DNA of 64,000 nucleotides from Chitinophagales bacterium (GCA_020635995.1 JACJYS010000001.1:512712-576711), one strand, 5' to 3'; positions 45,306 to 54,501 are shown, counted from the stretch's first letter. Notes: generated by a model from the sequence alone, not told the origin. Numbers and translations: made by a program.

Positions 45306-47453
45306 TTACTTTATAAGCACTTGTTTTTTAATAGAATTTCCTTTAGTATCTGTTATTTTTAATAGGCAAATTCCTTTACTTAAATTTTTTACAGAGATAG
45401 TATGGCTTGCTATTAGTTTATTTTTTGTTAGCTCTTTTCCATTTATGTCAAATATTGAAAAGGTATAATTTTCTTTTTCGTAAAGACCATTTATATAAAT
45501 ATTATTATTGGTAGGATTTGGGTATATACTAATTTCTTGCAAATAGGAATTATGTATAGCATTTTCTATATCTACATTAATGGCTTGCTGTATGGTATCA
45601 AAACAGCCCGAAACAGAACTGGTAATTAAAGTAACAATGTAGCTACCCGGCTGGCTGTAGGTGTGCTGTGGATTTTCTATGCCAGAAGTGCCTCCATCGC
45701 CAAAATCCCAATTATAAAAATAGGCATTAAAGGATTGGTTTGTAAAATTGCCTACCAAATTATTGGCTTGAAAATCAAAATTAGCATGGCTACAAAATTC
45801 AAAAGGATAGCTTAAAGTTTGGGTATCGCTACAAAAACTATTTTGAGCTATAAGCGTAAAACTATAGTTGCCTTCGGCATTTATTAATAAATTTAATACA
45901 CTATCGGTATAAACACTGGCATCGTAGCTTATCCAATATGCTGAATTACTAAATTCAGAATTATTTACTAAAGTAAGTATGCTGTCATTTTGTTCAAAAT
46001 AAAAATCAGCATTGGGACATAAAGTAGATAGAAAAGTGGTGTCTTTTGTGTTGGAGCAATAATCGTTTTCTACTGTTAAGCTTATTTGGTGGTAGTTGGT
46101 ATCTAAAAATTGATATTGAACAGGAGTTCCATTATAGCTGTTGTTTTCTATAGTCCAAGTATAAGAATTAGCAACCGTAGATGAATAAAAATTGAACAAA
46201 CCATCATTGCTTGTAAAACTAATTAATGGGGTAGGAGGCTCTTGTACATCTATAAGCAAAGTAGCTTCTTTACTTATGTATCTTCTATTTAATTGCGTAC
46301 CTTTAAGTATGTGGTTTCCTACGGTGTTCCATTCTATAGTTATTTCATTATAGTTCTCGTTTATAATAGTGCCACCTACTACTTCCCAGCAGTAAAAGCT
46401 TGATGTATCGGTAGGCAGGCTATAGGTGTGTGTAGTGTTTATACAAACGGTATTATCTCCTGTTATTACGTTAGTATCGCCATACATTATTTCGTATAAA
46501 AATTCGCTTCCTACTTTTAAAATAGTATCTGTTACCCATTCTTGAAATTCCAGTAGTTCAGGTTCGTGCCCTAAGCCTTGAAGTGGATATAATCTATTTT
46601 TAATGCCTACATTATCTAAACGTTGATGTATGAGTAAGCTGCCTTGTACATTAGGGAAGATAGGCAACTGAAATGGAGGACCTTCGTCATAAGGAACAAT
46701 TAAATCGTTAGTACCGTGGAAGGAAATAGTGGGAACATAATCTGTAGGCGTAGTAGCCGGACTGATATAACTTGTATCTAAAATGGCACCCCAGTTGTTT
46801 ATTATGCCATGCACATTAGCTCTTTGATTGTTAAAATTATTGTTTCCACCGCATTGCAAGCAACCCAAATCATCAGGTTCTAAAAAGATGCCGTAGGTAG
46901 AGTTAATATTGGCTCTGTCGGATTCTTCCATAAAGCCATTAATTAATGCAGAAAAGCAACCAGCACTTGTACCCGTTAAAAATATAGCAGAGGTGTCTAT
47001 GCCATAAACATCGGCACTATCTACTAAAAAACGAAGTGCTGCCGCCATATCTTGAGCTCCTCTGTAAACGGCTCTTTCGGCACTTTGCCCGTCAGCTACA
47101 TTAAAACCTAAGCGATAATCTATAGTGGCAAACACAAATCCTCTTTTAGCATAAGATTCTGACATTTGAGGAATAACGGGTTCTGTACGCCAGCCTATTA
47201 AAAAACCACCGCCAAAAGCATGGATAATTAATGGGCGTTTTTGTAATGAATCTCCGGCAGGTTCTACTATATCTAAATATAAATCTTGGTTGTTAATTAA
47301 TCCGTAAGGGTCGGCTTCGCCAAATTTTATACCCGTATGGCTTTGTGTATTGCTAAAAATCTCGCTTATATACCTTTGCGATTGACAATTTTGTGCTTTT
47401 GAATAATTTAGTAAAGCAAAAAATAGAAATATTGAAAAGTAGATTTTTTTCAT
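45306..47453 (-). CDS. secreted alpha/beta-hydrolase (esterase/lipase) with PKD-like domains and T9SS C-terminal sorting domain
   Basis: 715 aa. Signal peptide, HAFGGGF oxyanion motif, GTSAG nucleophile elbow, PKD signature WDFGDGGTS, and the CTD ISIYPNPTNNNIYI...LLKITD...KQVLIK. Confidence 0.85.
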   Translation of the reverse strand: MKKIYFSIFLFFALLNYSKAQNCQSQRYISEIFSNTQSHTGIKFGEADPYGLINNQDLYLDIVEPAGDSLQKRPLIIHAFGGGFLIGWRTEPVIPQMSESYAKRGFVFATIDYRLGFNVADGQSAERAVYRGAQDMAAALRFLVDSADVYGIDTSAIFLTGTSAGCFSALINGFMEESDRANINSTYGIFLEPDDLGCLQCGGNNNFNNQRANVHGIINNWGAILDTSYISPATTPTDYVPTISFHGTNDLIVPYDEGPPFQLPIFPNVQGSLLIHQRLDNVGIKNRLYPLQGLGHEPELLEFQEWVTDTILKVGSEFLYEIMYGDTNVITGDNTVCINTTHTYSLPTDTSSFYCWEVVGGTIINENYNEITIEWNTVGNHILKGTQLNRRYISKEATLLIDVQEPPTPLISFTSNDGLFNFYSSTVANSYTWTIENNSYNGTPVQYQFLDTNYHQISLTVENDYCSNTKDTTFLSTLCPNADFYFEQNDSILTLVNNSEFSNSAYWISYDASVYTDSVLNLLINAEGNYSFTLIAQNSFCSDTQTLSYPFEFCSHANFDFQANNLVGNFTNQSFNAYFYNWDFGDGGTSGIENPQHTYSQPGSYIVTLITSSVSGCFDTIQQAINVDIENAIHNSYLQEISIYPNPTNNNIYINGLYEKENYTFSIFDINGKELTKNKLIASHTISVKNLSKGICLLKITDTKGNSIKKQVLIK

Positions 47454-47536
47454 TATTTAATTGATAGGAGTAAAGATAGCAAAAAACTAAATTTATCAAA
47501 AAAATGTTTTAACATTAGTTCCGAACTATTACTATA

Positions 47537-47608
47537 GAGATTGCTTCGTTCGTGCCTCACTCGCAAAGACGTACTCGTATAGGTTCGTCTTTGCGAACGG
47601 AGTGAGGC
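47537..47608 (+). repeat. REP-like unit GAGATTGC...CTCGCAAAGACG overlapping a ~20-bp hairpin
   Basis: GCCTCACTCGCAAAGACG (47554-47571) pairs with CGTCTTTGCGA-acg-GAGTGAGGC (47586-47608). Confidence 0.75.
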
Positions 47609-47686
47609 AAGCTCCACCTTTAATGTGCTATCAGAAGCTACCTTCTGACAATTTGTTTACAAAAACATAAAAAATATTCCTTACAT

Positions 47687-47806
47687 TTGGATTGTGCATT
47701 TAATAAAAGAGAGTGGAAATAGGCAGGGATGCCGACCACAGGAAAATTTGAGAATGAATTATATATCATTAGAAATTAGGTCACCAAGAGAAATTTTAGA
47801 ATATGA
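47687..47806 (+). pseudogene. possible remnant of a small toxin-like gene interrupted by two in-frame TAG codons
   Basis: A single frame reads LDCAFNKREWK*AGMPTTGKFENELYIIRN*VTKRNFRI*. Its TGA overlaps the ATG of the 53-aa ORF (ATGA). The resemblance to BrnT/DUF497 C-termini is from memory and weak. Confidence 0.2.
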
Positions 47807-47964
47807 AGACTAAAGAAAAAAATAAAGAAAAAGAGAAAGATTTTGACACCGTTAAAACTTTCCGAAAAATCAAGGACAAAATATCCGAAGATTTGTTTGG
47901 AAAAACTGCTGAACAAATCAAGGAATATTTGAGAAAAAATAGTTTAAAATTAAACGCTGAATAA
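47803..47964 (+). CDS. candidate small Lys/Glu-rich protein (53 aa), not in the supplied ORF track
   Basis: ATG 47803 to TAA 47962-47964. Sequence: MKTKEKNKEKEKDFDTVKTFRKIKDKISEDLFGKTAEQIKEYLRKNSLKLNAE. The ATG overlaps the TGA of an upstream decayed frame (ATGA). From memory it resembles small Bacteroidota proteins with an FD.VK..R.I..KI motif. Unverified. Confidence 0.45.
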   Translation: MKTKEKNKEKEKDFDTVKTFRKIKDKISEDLFGKTAEQIKEYLRKNSLKLNAE

Positions 47965-48007
47965 AAGCAAACCTTTTTCATACAGCTAAATTGAGTATTT
48001 TCGTGCT

Positions 48008-51000
48008 ATGAAAAAAATCGTATTAAACACTTGCTTGTTTTTATTAGCTTACTTTGTAAGTTTAGCACAATACAATCCCATAGCTCCACCCAATACTTTT
48101 CAAAGCACAGAAAATCCATATTATTGGCGGAATAAAAAGCCTTATACAGATTATTGGCAGCAAGACGTTTACTACAAAATACACGCTACCATAAATGAAG
48201 AAACTGATATAATTATAGGCAATGAGCAGTTGGTTTACTGGAATAATTCGCCTGATACTCTTTTTGAAGTTTATTTTCATTTGTATCAAAATGCTTTTCA
48301 GCCGGGCAGTTATTACGATAATTTATACCACAATAATGGACAAATAGCCAAATATGGAAAATACGAATCGGCAGGCTTAGGAACTACCATTGACGATATT
48401 AAAATAGATGGAGCTACAGTAAAAACTACTTTAGATAATACCATTTTAATAGTTCATTTAAACGAGCCTATTTTACCTCAAAGTAGCGTAAAATTTGACA
48501 TTAATTTTAAAACCTACTACGATAATGGTAGCGTAAGAAGGAGAATGAAATTTTTTGAAACCTTTGGGCAAAAACAGTATAATGGTTGCCATTGGTATCC
48601 ACGTATTGCCGTTTATGACAAAAAATTTGGTTGGACTACCGACCAGCATTTGGGAAGAGAATTTTATGGTGATTTTGGTACTTATGATGTTACTTTAAAT
48701 TTTGCCAGCAATTACATAGTAGCCGCCACAGGAAAACTACAAAATGAAAATGAAGTTTTACCAAAAGAACTACGAGAAAAAATAGACATTAAAAACTTTA
48801 AAAATAAACCGTGGAATGCTACACCATCGGTTATAATACCATACAAAAAAGGAGAAAGAAAAGAATGGCATTTTTATGCTGAAAATATTCATGATTTTGC
48901 TTTTACGGCAAGCCCACACTATAGAATAGGAGAAGCACATTATATACTTGAAGGTACAAATGATACTATTACCGCTTACTCTTTTGCTCAAGAATCTCAC
49001 GCTTCTGGTTGGCAAAATGCGGCAGAATATACAGCCAAAGTGCTGCAAGTTTACTCAGAAGATATAGGAATGTATGGCTATCATAAAATGATAGTGGCAG
49101 ATGCCCGTGACGGCATGGAATATCCTATGCTTACTTTAGATGGCGGTAGCGACCCCGGCTACAGAGGATTATTGGCTCATGAAGTGGGGCACAATTGGTT
49201 TTACGGCATGGTAAATAATAATGAAACCTACCGAGCATTTATGGACGAAGGTTTTACCCAATTTTTAACAGCGTGGGCAGAAGAAAGAATAGACGGAAAA
49301 TATATAGTAGAAAATAAATCTACCAAAAAATATATAGCTAAATATAAAAAACCAAGAACGGTAAGAGATGATGAAGTTTACTATGGCTATATAAGAGATG
49401 CCGCTATGGAAAACGATGCTCCTTTAAATACCCACAGCGATGGTTTTAATGGAGCCATTAGGCACGGTGGAGGCTATGGGCATGTGTATTACAAAACTGC
49501 TGCCATGCTCTATAATTTGCAATACACTTTAGGCGATGATTTGTTTAAAGAAGCCCTGCAATATTACTTTAAAAAGTGGAGTTTTTGTCATCCTTATCCA
49601 GAAGATTTTAGACAAAGCATAATAGAATACACGCACACCGATTTAAACTGGTTTTTTGACCAATGGTTAGAAACCACAAAAGTTATTGACTATAAAGTTG
49701 GAAAAGTAAAAGCCGTAAAAAATGAAGAAAATACTTACGAAATAAACTTTAAACGCAAAGGCAGAATGCAAATGCCTATAGATTTTAGAGTGGTAGATAA
49801 TAACAATAGAACTTTTGATTATTACATTCCAAACACCTATTTTCAAAAAGAAACCCATGCCGATACTTTGCCAAAATGGACGGGGTGGGATAAAGTTTAC
49901 CCAAAATATACAGCAAAAGTTACCCTGCCCCAAGCATATAAAGACAAAAAAGTAAAAATAAAAAATGTAATTATAGACCCAAGCTACCGACTGGCAGATG
50001 CCAATATTTTAAACAATAGCAAAAAAGGAAAGGTAGAATGGCGTTTTGACAGTCATGTGTGGAATTTTCCGGAGTGGAAAAAGTATATTATTTATTACCG
50101 TCCGGATATTTGGTGGAATGGTTTTGACGGCTTAAAATTAGGCTGGCATTTAAACGGAAATTATATGAACCGCAAACATATATTTTCATTTACAGCATGG
50201 TACAATACGCGATTGCTACAGGGCAATGTGCCGAGTTTAGCAGGACATAAATTTTATACCAATGATAGAATTAGCTTCAATTTTGAATACAAAACAGCAT
50301 TAGACAGGAAATTAAAAAATACAGATTTATCTATACAAGCTCGTTATTTAGACGGCTTAGTTTTAGGCAAAATACAGATAGATAAGCAGTTTAATAATGG
50401 CATAAAATCGTACATAAATTATAAGCGAATGATACGCCCGGAAAGCAATGATGTAGATTATTTATTGTATGCCAACGAATGGTCAAACGGGCAGTGCAAT
50501 GGAAGTGTAGAAGGAGGCTTAAGCTACGATTTCAGAACAAAACATGACGATTATAGTGGCACAGTGGCTCTTACAGCTCGCACTTCGGCATCGCCAGTTA
50601 TGAACTACCAGTATGCCACTTTTGAATTTAAAGACAAATACTCATTTTGGCGTATGGATTTAAAATCAAGATTATTTGTACGTATGGGTACTAAAAATCC
50701 ACCACCGGAATCTGCATTGTATTTTGCAGGAGCTAACGGAGAAGAAATGGTAGAAAACAAATACGTGCGTGCCGCAGGTTTTTATCCTAAGCAGTGGGTA
50801 GGAAGCTATGGTGCTGTGGTAAATCATTTCCATTATGGTGGAGGCTTAAACATGAGGGGTTATAGTGGCTACTTAGTGTATGAAACAGATAATACAGGAA
50901 CAGTAAATAATGCATACAGAGGAAATAGTGGTGCGGCTATGAATATTGAATTAGATTTTGATAGAATAATAAAATGGAAAAAACTTCCTAAGCTTAAAAA

Positions 51001-51259
51001 ATACTTTGATATAGATACCTATTTATTTGCCGATGCGGGCACAATAAGATATACTACAACAGGCAACAACCAAAAGTGGAGCAATTTTAGAGCCGATGCG
51101 GGAGCAGGTATTAGTTTTACTATAAAAAGGTGGCTTAATTTATATGATGTTAAGCCTTTTACTATAAGATTTGATGTGCCATTTTATATAAGCCACGCTC
51201 CTCCTGGCGAAAATAATGTAAAATTTAGATGGCAAATAGGTATTAACAGAGCATTTTAA
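48008..51259 (+). CDS. M1-family zinc metallopeptidase fused to a C-terminal Omp85/BamA-type beta-barrel
   Basis: 1083 aa. Signal peptide, GMEYP, and HEVGH-X18-E (gluzincin). The C-terminal ~400 aa carry Omp85-like motifs (GGGLNMRGY, FADAGTI, GAGISF) and end in ...FRWQIGINRAF with a terminal Phe. Confidence 0.8.
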   Translation: MKKIVLNTCLFLLAYFVSLAQYNPIAPPNTFQSTENPYYWRNKKPYTDYWQQDVYYKIHATINEETDIIIGNEQLVYWNNSPDTLFEVYFHLYQNAFQPGSYYDNLYHNNGQIAKYGKYESAGLGTTIDDIKIDGATVKTTLDNTILIVHLNEPILPQSSVKFDINFKTYYDNGSVRRRMKFFETFGQKQYNGCHWYPRIAVYDKKFGWTTDQHLGREFYGDFGTYDVTLNFASNYIVAATGKLQNENEVLPKELREKIDIKNFKNKPWNATPSVIIPYKKGERKEWHFYAENIHDFAFTASPHYRIGEAHYILEGTNDTITAYSFAQESHASGWQNAAEYTAKVLQVYSEDIGMYGYHKMIVADARDGMEYPMLTLDGGSDPGYRGLLAHEVGHNWFYGMVNNNETYRAFMDEGFTQFLTAWAEERIDGKYIVENKSTKKYIAKYKKPRTVRDDEVYYGYIRDAAMENDAPLNTHSDGFNGAIRHGGGYGHVYYKTAAMLYNLQYTLGDDLFKEALQYYFKKWSFCHPYPEDFRQSIIEYTHTDLNWFFDQWLETTKVIDYKVGKVKAVKNEENTYEINFKRKGRMQMPIDFRVVDNNNRTFDYYIPNTYFQKETHADTLPKWTGWDKVYPKYTAKVTLPQAYKDKKVKIKNVIIDPSYRLADANILNNSKKGKVEWRFDSHVWNFPEWKKYIIYYRPDIWWNGFDGLKLGWHLNGNYMNRKHIFSFTAWYNTRLLQGNVPSLAGHKFYTNDRISFNFEYKTALDRKLKNTDLSIQARYLDGLVLGKIQIDKQFNNGIKSYINYKRMIRPESNDVDYLLYANEWSNGQCNGSVEGGLSYDFRTKHDDYSGTVALTARTSASPVMNYQYATFEFKDKYSFWRMDLKSRLFVRMGTKNPPPESALYFAGANGEEMVENKYVRAAGFYPKQWVGSYGAVVNHFHYGGGLNMRGYSGYLVYETDNTGTVNNAYRGNSGAAMNIELDFDRIIKWKKLPKLKKYFDIDTYLFADAGTIRYTTTGNNQKWSNFRADAGAGISFTIKRWLNLYDVKPFTIRFDVPFYISHAPPGENNVKFRWQIGINRAF

Positions 51260-51772
51260 GTGAAACAATTTATTTCCAAATCTTTAGATTATTTTATCCC
51301 TATTTCAATATTTGTTGCTTTATTTTTCTTCATATATATATTGCTGAAGACTTGTATTACATTCTCTGAATTTTTTAAATTATTGTTGTTTGTAGCTTCA
51401 TTTATCTCCATAGTTTATTATCTATTAGCAAAAAAATATCATTGGTTTCATGTTAGCCATATAAATTTATTATTGTATGCTTATCTTGTTCCTGTATCAT
51501 TAGTTTTTATAATAACGTTAAATTTTTATACAGCCAAAACCGTTTACTATGAAAATATTTATGTTGGAGGTCAATACGGTTATCGTAGTTTAGAATCTCT
51601 TATAAGCCCTAAAAAAAGAATAGTTGAAGTATGCGACAGATTGTATTTAACTTCAATTAATACAGAAGATAAAGAATATGTAGAAATTGAAATAGGAAAA
51701 GGGTTTCTTGGTTATTATGTACTTAAAAAGCAATCCTTTTATACCAGTAAAGAATATTATTTAAGAGAATAG
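51260..51772 (+). CDS. hypothetical membrane protein (GTG start)
   Basis: 170 aa, 3 predicted TMs. The frame has no ATG. The GTG follows directly after the upstream TAA. Coding status is plausible but unproven. Confidence 0.45.
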   Translation: MKQFISKSLDYFIPISIFVALFFFIYILLKTCITFSEFFKLLLFVASFISIVYYLLAKKYHWFHVSHINLLLYAYLVPVSLVFIITLNFYTAKTVYYENIYVGGQYGYRSLESLISPKKRIVEVCDRLYLTSINTEDKEYVEIEIGKGFLGYYVLKKQSFYTSKEYYLRE

Positions 51773-51774
51773 GA

Positions 51775-52233
51775 ATGAGAGTAGTTATACAAAAAGTAAG
51801 TAAAGCATCTGTAGCGGTAAATAAACAAATAGTAGGCAAAATAGAAAAAGGCTTATTAGTTTTAGTTGGTTTTGAAGATGCTAATAATCAAGAAGATATA
51901 GTGTGGATGTGCAACAAAATTGTCAATATGCGTATTTTTAATGATGATGAAGGCAAAATGAATTTAAGCATTAAAGATGTAAATGGAGATATTCTATTGG
52001 TAAGCCAATTTACTTTGCACGCATTAACAAAAAAAGGAAATAGACCGAGTTTTATAAAAGCAGCAAAACCTGATATAGCCATTCCACTTTATCAAAAAAC
52101 AATTTTAGAATTAGAAAATCTCCTTCAGAAACCCATAGCTACAGGTATTTTTGGAGCTATGATGGACGTGCAACTCAATAATGACGGCCCTGTAACTATA
52201 ATAATGGATAGCAAACTAAAAGAAGTTTTGTAG
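51775..52233 (+). CDS. dtd: D-aminoacyl-tRNA deacylase
   Basis: 152 aa. MRVVIQKVSKASV, SQFTL and NDGPVT motifs. Confidence 0.92.
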   Translation: MRVVIQKVSKASVAVNKQIVGKIEKGLLVLVGFEDANNQEDIVWMCNKIVNMRIFNDDEGKMNLSIKDVNGDILLVSQFTLHALTKKGNRPSFIKAAKPDIAIPLYQKTILELENLLQKPIATGIFGAMMDVQLNNDGPVTIIMDSKLKEVL

Positions 52234-52240
52234 CAACAAA

Positions 52241-52271
52241 AAAAGGAAGCCAATTTGGCTTCCTTTTTTTT
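52241..52271. terminator. bidirectional intrinsic terminator (A7 GGAAGCC aattt GGCTTCC T8)
   Basis: Lies between the convergent dtd and pckA genes. Confidence 0.85.
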
Positions 52272-52290
52272 GCTTTGTTCTTTATATTTT

Positions 52291-53892
52291 TTATGCAACA
52301 GGTGCTGCATCCACAATTTCTTTAGCGGTTTCTGCTTCAAACTGTTTAAAGTTTTCTTGAAAAGCATTTGCCAATTTTTTAGCCGTAGCATTGTATGCTT
52401 CTTTATCTGCCCAAGTATCACTTGGGTTAAGTATATTGTTTGGCACGCCTTCAATATTATTAGGTACTAAAACACCAAAAATTGGGTGTTTTTTAAACTC
52501 GGCATTAGCTAAACTGCCATCTAAGGCGGCATTAATTAAAGCTCTGGTTACTTTTAAGCTCATACGCTTGCCCACACCATAGCTTCCACCGCTTAAGCCG
52601 GTATTTACCAGCCATGCATGAGCACCGGAAGTAGTTAATTTTTCTCCTAGCATTTCAGCGTATTTAGATGCGTGCAAAGGAATAAATGCAGCACCAAAAC
52701 AAGCCGAGAAAGTTGTTTTTGGCTCAGTAATACCTACCTCAGTACCTGCTACTTTAGAGGTAAAACCACTCATAAAATGGTACATAGCTTGCTCATTAGT
52801 CAGTTTACTTATTGGAGGCAGTACACCAAAAGCATCGTAGGTTAAAAAGAAAACATTTTGAGGAATACCACCCACAGAAGGTTCTGCTCTATTGTTTATA
52901 TGGTAAATAGGATAAGAAACTCTTGTGTTTAAAGTTATGCTTGAATCGGTATAATCTGGTTCGTTGCCGTTATTTTTAAAGCCTACATTTTCAAGTATAG
53001 CACCTTCTCTTATGGCATTATAAATATCCGGCTCAGTATCTTTGTTTAGGTCAATAACTTTTGCATAGCAACCACCTTCAAAATTAAAAACGCCCGTGTC
53101 AGACCAGCCGTGCTCATCATCGCCTACTAAAGCTCTGTTTGGGTCGGCACTTAATGTGGTTTTTCCTGTTCCGCTCAATCCGAAAAACAAAGCGGTGTCG
53201 CCATCTTTTCCAATATTGCAAGAGCAGTGCATACTCAGTACATTTTTAGTATGAGGCAATAAGAAATTTAATACTGAAAAAATACCTTTTTTAATTTCTC
53301 CGGTATATCCTGTGCCACCTATTAATACTACTTTTCTTGTAAAATTAAGGATAGCAAAGTTGTGCTGTCTGGTGCCGTCTTCCGTTGCATTAGCCATAAA
53401 CCCCGGAGCATTAATTATAGTCCACTCAGGTGTAAAATTGGCTAATTCGCTTTCTGTGGGTCTTAAAAACATATTGTAAGCAAACATATTGCTCCAAGGT
53501 GTTTCTGTTACTACTCGTATATTAAGTTTGTAGTTTTTATCGGCACAAGCGTAGGCATCTCTTACAAATATGTCTTTATCATTTAAGTAGGCTACAACTC
53601 TGTTGTATAGTTTATCAAATTTAGCCGAGTCAAAAGGCAAATTTATTTTATTCCAGTCAACAGAATTTTCTGTTAAACTGTCTTTTACTATAAATCTATC
53701 TTGAGGCGATCGTCCTGTAAATTCTCCCGTATTTACTGCTATTGCTCCATTATCGGCAAATTTTCCTTGCCCCAGTTCATCGGTTAAGGCAGCTAATTTT
53801 TCGGGAGATAAATTCCAAAATTCGGTTTTTGAAGTGTTTAAACCTATGGTTTCTAATGTTGTGTTGTTTGGTTTGTTTCCTTGCACAGTCAT
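52291..53892 (-). CDS. pckA: phosphoenolpyruvate carboxykinase (ATP)
   Basis: 533 aa. Kinase-1a FFGLSGTGKTTLS plus the conserved GDDEHGW and GGCYAK. Confidence 0.93.
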   Translation of the reverse strand: MTVQGNKPNNTTLETIGLNTSKTEFWNLSPEKLAALTDELGQGKFADNGAIAVNTGEFTGRSPQDRFIVKDSLTENSVDWNKINLPFDSAKFDKLYNRVVAYLNDKDIFVRDAYACADKNYKLNIRVVTETPWSNMFAYNMFLRPTESELANFTPEWTIINAPGFMANATEDGTRQHNFAILNFTRKVVLIGGTGYTGEIKKGIFSVLNFLLPHTKNVLSMHCSCNIGKDGDTALFFGLSGTGKTTLSADPNRALVGDDEHGWSDTGVFNFEGGCYAKVIDLNKDTEPDIYNAIREGAILENVGFKNNGNEPDYTDSSITLNTRVSYPIYHINNRAEPSVGGIPQNVFFLTYDAFGVLPPISKLTNEQAMYHFMSGFTSKVAGTEVGITEPKTTFSACFGAAFIPLHASKYAEMLGEKLTTSGAHAWLVNTGLSGGSYGVGKRMSLKVTRALINAALDGSLANAEFKKHPIFGVLVPNNIEGVPNNILNPSDTWADKEAYNATAKKLANAFQENFKQFEAETAKEIVDAAPVA

Positions 53893-54034
53893 AATAGTAT
53901 GTTTGCTTTAGGCACGCAAAGTTAATAATATTTTATTGCATTAACTTATTGTGCTAATTTAGTTCTGCACTTTTGAGCATAATTAATGTTAACTTTGTTT
54001 TCATAATTTTTTAGACTTTATTTAATTTATTATT

Positions 54035-54271
54035 ATGTGGAAACAAGTAGAAAATGAGCTGGTAAAGAATTTTGAGTTTAATGATTTTTCAGAAGCTTTT
54101 GCTTTTATGACTCGTGTGGCTCTGCTGGCAGAAATACATAACCACCATCCATGGTGGAGTAATGTTTATAACAAAGTAACCATAAAATTAACTACCCACG
54201 ATGCAAGAAATACCATAACCGAAAAGGATAGAAATTTAGCTAAAGCTATTGATAAGTTGTTAATTGAGTAG
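54035..54271 (+). CDS. 4a-hydroxytetrahydrobiopterin dehydratase (PCD/DCoH)
   Basis: 78 aa. [36 protein letters not shown] matches the PCD HHP motif. Confidence 0.88.
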   Translation: MWKQVENELVKNFEFNDFSEAFAFMTRVALLAEIHNHHPWWSNVYNKVTIKLTTHDARNTITEKDRNLAKAIDKLLIE

Positions 54272-54275
54272 ATTT

Positions 54276-54300
54276 TCAGTAGTCAGATGTCAGTAATCAG
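54276..54300 (+). repeat. tandem heptamer array TCAGTAG TCAGATG TCAGTAA TCAG
   Basis: Read directly. Begins 5 nt after the TAG stop of the pterin dehydratase gene. Confidence 0.75.
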
Positions 54301-54336
54301 AAAAAAACAGTAAATCTCAAACCCTTTTTTGACTTC

Positions 54337-54384
54337 GGGATTCCTGCCTCTGCCTTATCGGCAAACAAGTCCGCAGGAATGACG
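54337..54384 (+). repeat. REP-like hairpin unit GGG-ATTCCTGC...GCAGGAAT-GACG
   Basis: 8-bp perfect arms with family flanks. Confidence 0.8.
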
Positions 54385-54459
54385 CTTGGTAAGATATATT
54401 AGGTATCTATAACCGATAGCTTTTTAACAAAGATTTAGAGGTAAAAAATATTATCCTTC

Positions 54460-54501
54460 CTCTTACATCTTATGTCTTAAGTCTTGTATCTTATATCTGA
54501 T
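54460..54501 (-). repeat. tandem heptamer array NTAAGAY (minus strand: ATCAGAT ATAAGAT ACAAGAC TTAAGAC ATAAGAT GTAAGAG)
   Basis: Read directly. Spans the stop codon (54491-54493) of the minus-strand lipoprotein gene and continues downstream in the sense orientation. Confidence 0.8.

Noticed and set aside
47796-47981. 61-aa minus-strand ORF in the track
   Set aside because: It is a low-complexity Phe/Ser/Leu peptide antisense to a more plausible plus-strand 53-aa ORF. It has no start context.
52125-52470. ORFs overlapping the dtd 3' end, the terminator and the pckA 3' end
   Set aside because: They span a bidirectional terminator and the strongly supported pckA frame, so they are spurious.
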